Position numbers and translations under genes: made by a program. From the human T2T-CHM13v2.0 reference genome, Homo sapiens, in assembly GCF_009914755.1 (NCBI RefSeq), contig NC_060937.1: 64,000 nucleotides of DNA. One strand, given 5' to 3'. This document shows, one piece after another, positions 41,651 to 64,000 of this stretch; positions within the stretch are counted from its first letter, which is position 1; every line of letters starts with the position of its first letter. The notes under the pieces were generated by a model. That model made no database searches, was not told where the DNA came from, and saw nothing but the letters and a program-made list of their open reading frames with translations.

Positions 41651-42599
41651 AGAAATATCTGGAGAGAGAGACATAGAAATTTCTGAATTCTTTCCTAAAT
41701 AGAAAAGAATTCCATGCAGCTTAAATATCGTTGCAAGTATTGATGCTTATACCTTTAGAAAGCCCATTATGCTTCTGAAAAATGCACTTACTACTTAATA
41801 TCATACATAATAGAAAGCTAACATTTTGTATTAACGGAATCTGGAAAACATATTGTACTACACATTTGAAATTACAGATTTACTAACTAGTAAAGATAAC
41901 TATTTAAGAACTAAAATGTCTTTGTTTTTCAACTCTTTTCCCCCGATTTCCATTTTTTACTTTTTATATTTCAGAATTATTTGTAACAAAAGCTATTGGA
42001 TATAATTCCTGCACTTCTATATTGCAAGCATTTTCTCTATTTACCACAGAGACTTCAAGTCCTAGCATTTCAGAGCTGAAGGGGACTCGGACGGACTCCC
42101 TCACTGCACAGATGAGGACGCGGAGGCCGGGGGAGGTGAGTGTCAGTCCCAAGGTTGCAGACCTAGGACAGGGACCGGAGCTGCCGGGCACCCAGAACTC
42201 TGTCGCCTTCAACCCAAATTCGATTCAGTCCTCTCATCTTTCCAAATAGAAAGCTGACGCGAACCGATGGGAAGATTTTTTTTTTCAATAACAACTATGC
42301 TACCCAGCAGATTCTTTGGGGACAGTCCTCGGAGTCCTTGAAAACCCCTTTGGGGTTTATGCCAGGATAAGAAGAGACTAGAAGAAAGGGACAGCTAGTA
42401 TTTTAATATGTAAATCTGTTTGCATAATATTTCCTAGGTAAACTATTCGTTGATCCAACCAAAATTCGGCGGGGCTGGGGGGTATCGTTATTGAGGATGA
42501 CTCGCTCTAGGGGAGAACGCGGACGCATTTTCCCATCAGAGTTCCCTCCATAAATCAAAACCTCAAAAGAAGAGTTAAAGACGACACCCAGGTGTCTAC

Positions 42600-43580
42600 A
42601 GTATCCAAGGGCCGGGCCAGGAGAGGTCCTTGGCCACCTGGCGCCGAGTTCGCGGCCGCAGACTCCCACGGACGGCCCAGCACCCGAGCGCGCGGGCCGA
42701 GCTGCCCCAGACCCGGCGCAGCGCCTCGGCGAGGCCGTCTGCGAAGTCCGGGCCGCCACTCGGGACCGCGGCCCGAGCCAGAGGAGAGACTTCGGAGAAG
42801 AGGGAAGAGGACGCGGGGTGGGAAACGCCGGGGCCGCAGGCAAGTAGTGGGCGAGTCCGGAGGGCGCGAAAGAGGGGAGGGGCGCGGGAGGCAATGGAAG
42901 GAGCGAGCGCGGGGAGGAGCGAGGCGGCTGGGCCGGAGGAGGCGCGCGCCCGGGTCCACACTGCGGGGTGGGGGCTGAGGGACCGCGAGGGGCTGCGAGC
43001 GAGCGAGCGGGGCCTTACCGAGCAGCGGCAGCTGGCCGCCGTCGCGCGCCAACGCCGGCATGGCCTCCGGAGCCCGGGGTCCCCAGGCCGCGCCGGCCCA
43101 GCCCTGCGATGCCGCCTGGAGCGGCGCGCCTCGCGCTGCAGGTGGCTCTCTTAAGGATGCGCGTCACCGACCGCAAATTCCCTCGGACTGGTGCAAAGTG
43201 GAAGGGGGGAGGAACCCTCTCCCCAGAGGCAGGGACCGAGGCGGGAGCGGAGAGGTTGGGCAGAGCCGAGCAGCCGGTGCCTGGCGCAGCGCTGCAGCCG
43301 AGCCCACGTGCCCGCCGCGGTCCGCAGCCTGTGCTCGGCGGCCCCCGGGGCTCCCCGACTGCGGCGGGGAAGATTGGGCGCGGTCCCGCCGGAGAAGTTG
43401 CACTGGCTCCGCGGCTCTGCCGCCTTGCTGCCCCTGTGAGTCCCCGAACTCTGTCGTTTGGATCCGGGGCGTGGGGACTGCAGGGAGCCACAAACCACCC
43501 TCCTAGTGCGCTGGGATCTTTGAGGCCCTGAGAAAGGCGCTGAATCCGCTCGGCACGCTGGCAACTCCCGCCAGCGCACA
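42600..43580. promoter_or_regulatory. FLT3: CpG island / FLT3 promoter
   Basis: Abrupt switch to very high GC and CpG density around exon 1. GC-rich tracts, no canonical TATA, TGACG half-CRE on the minus strand near 43162-43166, GAGGAA near 43209. Confidence 0.93.
43019..43061 (-). CDS. FLT3: FLT3 exon 1 coding part (43 nt; signal peptide start MPALARDGGQLPLL + 1 nt)
   Basis: ATG at 43061 in context GAGGCCATGC. Translation matches the known FLT3 N-terminus. Donor CG/GTAAGG with GT at 43018-43017, phase 1. Confidence 0.98.
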
Positions 43581-44159
43581 GGCGAGCATTCCATTAAGAA
43601 CCATTCCATTCTTAATTGTGGACTGATTTCCTTTGTCTCTGCCTCCATCTCCTAGGATGCTCAGGACCCAGTCAGCGGCGGGATCAAGAAAAACAGGCAG
43701 GGTTTCAATGTCAACCAAGGCAATTAGGGAGGTTAACAAACAGCCTTCAAAACAAAACACACAGAAAATACATCCCAGAGGATGTTGCGAATCATCCGCT
43801 CAATAGTTCTTGTTCTTCATCGCATAATTTTTCGAGTTGAAAATTATTATTATTTTCTTTGCAATAAGTTGAGGATTGGAAAGCTCTGGATGCCAGTTCT
43901 GGTTCTTCCCTTACTTAACTAGCCGTTTGACCTCCACAAACCTCTGTTTACTCATCGTAAAGGAAAGGGATGGACCAAATGGTTCATAATGTCTCTCCCA
44001 ATTCTAGGAATTCCACGCTCTTAATTATTTTAATTATTTTCTAATAAAGCATGAAAATTGACTGTTTACTCTTGGCCATACAGTTCTTTTCCTTAGATGT
44101 TGTCTACAGTACAATAATTCTTTCCCCTAGGGTATGGCAGAAACTTTAGAAGTGTCTAC

Positions 44160-49900
<5,741 letters not shown>

Positions 49901-49953
49901 CTTTTTATTAGACATTTTCTATAATAAAAGGTTTTGAATAAAAAAGATTTGAA

Positions 49954-50704
49954 GAAAAGGCCGAGCCGTTGCGTACCTAGGATGCCATGTGGAAGCTGAA
50001 GCTGCACCTCCCGCGTGACCCCTCTAGCCAGCTGGGCCCCTCAGATGAGAGTTGCATCCAGGCCAGCACTAGCCGCTCAGCCACCAGCAGCGGCACCCCC
50101 ATCTGCAGTTGGCTCTCCTGCTGCTGTGCCCCGTCTGATGGCCCAAATGGCAACCACTGCAGCTGGCGCGGCTGTGGGCTCTGCCGTGGGGCACACACTG
50201 GGTCACGCCATTACTGGGGGGTTTAGTGGAGGAAGTAATGCTGAGCCTGCGAGGCCTGACATCACTTACCAGGAGCCTCAGGGAACCCAGCTGGCACAGC
50301 AGCAGCAGCCTTGCTTCTATGAGATCGAACAGTTTCTGGAGTGTGCCCAGAACCATGGTGACATCAAGCTCTGTGAGGGTTTCAATGAGGTGCTGAAACA
50401 GTGCCGACTGGCAAAACGATTGGCCTGATCAAGAAGTTCAACCTGGAGAAATGGAAAATCAGCTCTATAACCAAGTTAATTTAGTATAAAAATCAAATTG
50501 ATAGTGAAGGTATAAAGTGTAACCATCAGTTAAACCTCTTGTGTCATTCCTAGCTTCCTTGCTTCTGAATTGAAATGGAAGGGGGTGTTCCTACTCTGTA
50601 GAATTTGGGGCTGGGCAAATGTTTGTGTGGCCTCCTTAAAAGAGCTGTTATGATTTTATTCTTTGTGAGTTAATTAGAATAAAGTCATTTTCTTCCAAGG
50701 GAAA
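49954..50704 (+). pseudogene. CHCHD2 processed pseudogene (probably the annotated CHCHD2P8; number recalled, not verified)
   Basis: Intronless CHCHD2-like sequence ([30 protein letters not shown]...[14 protein letters not shown], twin CX9C). ATG 49982, nonsense TGA at codon 6 (49997-49999), AATAAA 50678-50683, short A tail, 14-bp TSD AAAAAAGATTTGAA at 49940-49953 and 50705-50718. Confidence 0.96.
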
Positions 50705-50986
50705 AAAAAAGATTTGAAATATTGGACAAGTTAACTTATCCTGAATGTGTGGAAGATGACTACCCCTGCTTAGAACTCATGAGCTGCTCTTTACTGTGTT
50801 TTTATTAACCCATCTAAATGGGATGAACAATAACAGGACCCTGGAATCTGTTTCCATTATGCAATTGGTGGCACACAGGTAAACTGCAAAATTCCAACTG
50901 CAGAATTTCATAATTGATAGTTCTTCCTTTATGTCTAAGATGATTTCAAAATAATCATCTCCTTAGAATTATTCGCAACAGATAAT

Positions 50987-51442
50987 GTATTAGTTTGCTG
51001 GAGCTGCCATAACAAAGTACCACAGACACAGTTCTGGAGGCCAGAAGTCCAAGATCAAGGTGTTGGCAGGGTTGGTTCTAAGGGCTGTCATGGAGAATCT
51101 GTTCCAAGCCTTGTACTGGCTTCTGGTGGTTTGCAGGCAATATTTGGTGCTCCTTGGCTTCTGCTACATCACCCCGACCTCTGCCTTCATGTTCACGTGG
51201 CAGTCTCCCTGTGTGTGTGTCTGTCTAGCGCTGCATTTGAATTTCCCCTTTTCATAAGGATACCGGTCATATTGGATTAGGACCCACCCAATGACCTCAG
51301 TGTAACTTGATTACCTCTGTAAAAAGCCTATCTCCAAATAAGGTCACATTCTGAGGAATATGGGGTTAGGACCTCAAAAATACGTTTTTTAGGACCACAA
51401 AAAAATTGTGTCCTGTTAAGGGACACAATTCAGCCCTTAACG
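50987..51442 (-). mobile_element. MLT1-type LTR
   Basis: TGTATTAGTTTGCTGGAGCTGCCATAACAAAGTACCACAG...CAGTTCTGGAGGCCAGAAGTCCAAGATCAAGG...GGGACACAATTCAGCCC. Confidence 0.8.
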
Positions 51443-52304
51443 GATAGATTTCAAAATCAATAGAAATTAATTCATTTGCTTCACCTATAGATTGCTTGTT
51501 AATTGATATATTAAGTAGATTTCAATTTGATATTTTACTTTTACAAAAAATATTGAGCATGGGTAACTTTTAGAAGTCAACACAAAAATGGGAGCTGTTG
51601 AAAATTTTGCTTTCAAAGAGTTTAAGGTTAAAAAAGGGTACAAACTACATGACATGACAGTCATTAAATTTTCAGAAATTATGTATATGCCTACTCAAAT
51701 AACTAGAAGATAATACACTAAAATGCAAACTGATTATCTCTGACTCATGGCCTTATTAGTGAGATGGAACTGATTTCTCCATCAGAAATCTAAGGCTCAG
51801 AGCTGTTAGGTGACCTACCTAAAGTCTCACAGCCAGTAAGAGGCTGAATGTGATTAGAATTCAAATTGGCTCATATCCAAAACCCCTGCTTTCAGCCATT
51901 ATGGCTTAGAATAATAATTGCCACCATTTGAGTTCCTAAAATGTGCCAAACATTATACCAATCACTTTACAATCTTTGCTTCACTTAATACTAATAACAA
52001 TCCCATAGGTTAGGTATTTTTCCCATTCCAAAGAAGTCTAATAGCAGCCTAAACTTTGAAGCAGGAGAGATGGATGATCCAGAAAGCCAAAAGAGGGAGT
52101 TCATGGAAAGAAGACAAGTTACAAAGATGGAGGTATCTGTGGTAAGGCGAGTTGGCCCATTTTACACTGTCAAAAATAACTAAGGACATAAGGGGTTTGA
52201 ACAAAGTAATTAACAAGGAAAGAGTGAACACATTTATGTAGAATTTATATCCTACAAGCAGACAAAACATCTTCTTTTTGGACTTACATGGCATTTTATA
52301 AATA

Positions 52305-52630
52305 TAGTTGTGTGTCACTTAATAGGACAGGTTCTGAGAAATGGATTGCTAGGCAATTTCATTGTTGCATAAACATCAGAGTGTACTTACACAAACCTAG
52401 ATATTAGCCTACTGCATACCCAGGCTATGTGGTATAGCCTGTTGCTTCTAGGCTACAAACTTATATGGCATGTATTATACTGAATACTGTAGGCAGTTGT
52501 AACACAATAGTAAGTATTTGTATATCTGAACATATTGAAATATAGAAAAAGTACAGTAGAAAACCAGAACTATAATCTTTTGGATCATTGTCCATCTTGA
52601 CCAAAATGTTGTTATGCAGCACATGACTGT
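52305..52630. mobile_element. Tigger3/MER7-type DNA transposon
   Basis: TTCTGAGAAATG...GTGTACTTACACAAACCTAGAT...GCTACAAAC...TTATGCAGCACATGACTG|TA. Confidence 0.8.
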
Positions 52631-53454
52631 ACTACACTCTCTGATCACACTAGGCTTTTTCCAAATATGCTTTTTCTTCCCTTGAGCTGGCACATGGATG
52701 TCACAGTAATCCCATTTTGACAATACGTACATGAACAACAGCCTAGGGTATGGTGGAACAACAATATAGAAGGCATTAGATTTGCATGAGCAACTCCAAA
52801 ACCTGTACTACCTACATCCCTCTAGACTGCTGCTTAAGAGAAATAAACTTCGGTCTCATTTAATCCATGGTGCTTGGGGGCTGTCTGTAACAATAGCTTA
52901 CTTTGTACCCTGTTTGCATAGCCACCACTCCTCCACATAAACCCAAGTTAGAGTCACAGTGAACCAGAACTCCAAATTCATTATGTTCTTCTTGTTTCCA
53001 TGTCTTGATACCTGTGTTGGTATCTGCAATGACCCATGCCCCTTTCTCACTATTTCCCTTGCCCCTTCCAGTCTATGTGACCAACTCTGATTCACCTTCT
53101 AGATTCATTCCTGACTACTCTATCGCTATCCCCCCAGCCACATGTGACTCAGGTACATCCTCTTGTTTCTCTCCTCTGTCTGTCCCACTGTACTACAGTT
53201 CTTAGCCTCTATGTTTGTCCAACTGTTGCCTGAACCTCATCCCCCAACTGTTACTCACACTTGCATTCCTAGACCTTAACACAACGACTAGTACCCAGCA
53301 TGCTCTCATAAATCAATGAATATTCATTGCATGACTGGTGAATTTATTGACGAGTTTCTTCTTTTAATTTTATCTTATTTATTTTATTTTTGTTTTGTTG
53401 TTGTTGTTGGTTTTTCCACCAGAGGATATTGACAAGTTTCTAAAAAAAAATTTT

Positions 53455-57715
<4,261 letters not shown>

Positions 57716-58530
57716 AAGGCTGCACATTTTAGAACTTAGTTTTTTGAAGCTTTTGAGCTCAACTTACAAGTATTGTCATTTAATTTATAAATCGAATATA
57801 GTTTTGAAATTTAAAATACTCATCTTACTTGTACTTTGATAATCATCTTATAAATTTAAATTATTGAATTGTATTAAATCTTCCTAAACATTCAACACCT
57901 TTATGAAATTCTCTTAGAAGTTTCAAACTAGTCACACATTTAGTAAATTTATTCCTCTGTAGTGCTTCAAACACTTAATAAAAGTCTAATTAAACTTTCT
58001 CAGCATTTAAGAAGCATTTACATGCATAATAATACAAAATTTGCAGATATACTAATTAGATTCCTTCACATGTTTACACAGTCATTACAAACTTAATTAG
58101 CTACATTTTTCTAAGGATTTCACCTAAAAACATAAATCTGTCAGATTCTCTTAAAACACATGAAACACCTCAAATCATGAACAAAACACAGAAACTATAA
58201 CAGATTGCAAACTTATTACACCTGCACAAAAATGTTAAGATTGTAATTTGCATCAATTTTTTTTATAATTTAAAAACTTCCCAGAGTTGCAAGTTTACTC
58301 ACCTGCCTAAGAGGAGCTCAGGATGGCTGTGATTTGTGCTTATGATTATTGGTTGTAGATCTGGCATCAGGAGTTGGAAGCTGGGTGCACCTTTCAGGAT
58401 AATTCACACAGGCCAGTCTCTTTTGGCTAGTTCACATCACGTTTTTCAAAATTAAAAAATCTGGCTTCTCATGTATTCCTCTTAGCCACTGCTACCTTTT
58501 CTTTTTTTTTTTTTTTTTTTTTTTTTTTGA

Positions 58531-58794
<264 letters not shown>

Positions 58795-59894
58795 TGAGCC
58801 GCTGTGTCTGGCCACCACCACCTTTTTGAACTGTAATCTCTTACACAACTTTTCACTTCCTGAACTGAGTGGAAGGAATGTTGCACTCCCAGCTAGTTAC
58901 TCTCATTCATTTGCACCTCTCCACTCCAGCACTTTTCATGATGACAAATACCCGTCCAATCGTCTACCCTTAAAGAACATAGACACCCTTGCTGCCAACA
59001 ACTTTGACTACAATTTATCAGTCCTTTTCTATTGTTACACCTTGAAATCTTCTACCTTTGAAATCTTAAATTTCAATACACCAATCTAATAGCAACTCCC
59101 AATCCCCTCCCTGGTCTGCATCTTAATTCAAGTCTAATTAGGTTTGCATGATTAAAAATCTGCTAGAATTAGTCTGGAAGGTGACTTTTAAAAGAAGGAA
59201 AGGGAATAACATGGCTTGATAGTGCCAATATAAAGAATCTATTATCAATTCGAGTGATTGCTAGGTGATGGACCTGTAGGGAGAGATCACTAGATGAGTT
59301 CAGGTGGTAAATAGAAAACTCCTGTTGGGGTGCAGTGAGAGATGAAGGTAGTGAAATGAAAGGATGGGGATCAATTTTATATGAGGGCTTTAATTTGAAA
59401 TGGGAATTTGGTGATATTCTCAGAGCAGCACAAGTTTTCATGCCATGGAAAAGCAGCAGGAAAAATGTAAACCTTGCCAATAACACGGGAAAGTCTCCAA
59501 GGGTGCCCAGTGACTTACTTGCCTATAAACAAAGCCATTCCTGAGCACTTCTGGCTATGAAATTTCAAAATACATGTTTTAGAGAATTTTACTGACACTT
59601 TTATGATTTTAGAGGATAATTTAGATTTCATAAATTTTGTTTCCTTCCCTTTGCCCCTAAAAATCATGAACATAATCCTGAAAATCTCAGCATTCCAACA
59701 AACAATAACCAAATGTCTTCAGTCAGTTAGGATTGCTATGAGTATATATACCAACAACATTTGAACATTTCTAGATTTATGGTTAACAAAAAAGAATCAT
59801 ATTAACTAAAGACTTTCTCTGCTTGAATCGGTTTCAAGTATTCAAGGGATTATTAATGGATTTTAGTTAAAGTTAAAATGGTTCACAACTAGCA

Positions 59895-61288
<1,394 letters not shown>

Positions 61289-62265
61289 GCTTTTTTTTAG
61301 CCCTTTCTTTCTCTCTCTCTTCCTTCCTTCCTTCCTTTCTTTTTTTTGACAGTCTCACTCTGTTGCCAGGCTGGAGTGCAGTGGCGTGATCTCTGGGTTC
61401 AAGCGATTCTCCTGCCTCAGCCTCCCAAGTAGCTGGGACTACAGGCGCACACCACCACGCCTGGCTAGTTTTTTGGATTTTAGTAGAGATGGGGTTTCAC
61501 CATGTTGGCCAGGATGGTCTCGAACTCTGACCTCAAGTGATCCACTCGCCTCGGCCTCCCAAAATGCTGGGATTACAGGCATAAGCCACCACACCTGGCC
61601 AAATGTTTGTTATTTTAAGATGCTAAGCTTTGAATTAAAATGTTAAGCTGCAACAGATAACTATACGCTTTTTTTTTAGCCTAATTTCTTTCTTTCTTTC
61701 TTTCTTTCTTTTTTGAGACAGAGTCTCGCTCTGTTGCCAGGCTGGAGTTCAGTGGTGCAGTCTCTGGATTCAAGCAATTCCCCTGCCTCAGCCTCCCAAG
61801 TAGCTGGGACTACAGGCACATGCCACCACACCGGGCTAGTTTTTTGTATTTTAGTAGAGACAGGGTTTCACCATGTTGGCCAGGATGGTCTCCATCTCCT
61901 GACCTCGTGATCCACCCGCCTTGGCCTCCCAAAGTGCTGGGTAGCCTACTTTCAAACCTTAATAAATGAATTGAGAAATGTATAAAACTTTGGTCAGTGC
62001 AGGAAATCATTAAATTTGATGAAAGGAGAAAAAGTTAAAATGCATTGAAAAGAAAGAGGAGCAATGAGAATTTACTACTAATCATATATAAAACTGTATT
62101 TTTATTCTACCATTAATATAAATGTTTTGGCCGGGCGTGGTGGCTCACGCCTGTAATCCAGCACTTTGGGAGGCTGAGGCAGGCGGATCACGAGATAAGG
62201 AGATGGAGACCATCCTGGCCAAGATGGTGAAACCCTGTTTCTATTAAAATACAAAAAATTAGCTA

Positions 62266-64000
<1,735 letters not shown>

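Noticed and set aside
42403-43648. Overlapping 110-190 aa Pro/Arg/Gly-rich ORFs
   Set aside because: Stop-poor CpG island. Only the first 14 codons of the 43061 minus ORF are real (FLT3 exon 1); the rest reads into intron 1.
49982-50428. Functional CHCHD2 gene
   Set aside because: Intronless, TSD-flanked, A-tailed, with a stop at codon 6: a retrocopy. Residual coding potential is listed only as a hypothesis.

Overview
Primate, almost certainly human, genomic DNA: the 5' end of FLT3 (class III receptor tyrosine kinase, 13q12 by established knowledge) on the minus strand, plus about 21 kb of upstream sequence. Three coding exons have canonical GT-AG junctions: exon 1 CDS 43061-43019, exon 2 13184-13063 and exon 3 4443-4241. 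They splice in frame to MPALARDGGQLPLLVVFSAMIFGTITNQDLPVIKC...HFDLQN(R). Exon 4 onward lies off the left edge. The TSS sits in a CpG island (~42.6-43.6 kb). A CHCHD2 processed pseudogene with TSDs lies at 49.95-50.7 kb, oriented away from FLT3. The rest is dense repeat: dozens of Alus, old L1/L2/MIR fragments, MER/Tigger DNA transposons, MLT/MST LTRs and one complete two-LTR THE1A element. Nearly all listed ORFs are Alu, low-complexity or GC-rich artefacts. I see no convincing new biological system. The best leads are: (1) the sense-oriented THE1A in intron 1, whose LTR splice donor would join an LTR ATG in frame to exon 2 (MWNF-VFSAMIFGTIT-NQD); (2) a three-copy Alu-derived 183-bp tandem array in intron 2; (3) a consensus-identical AluY; (4) a CHCHD2 retrocopy with an intact 127-codon twin-CX9C ORF; (5) haematopoietic TF motif clusters near +6 kb and -15 kb. 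Repeat family names and most repeat boundaries are by eye and approximate.
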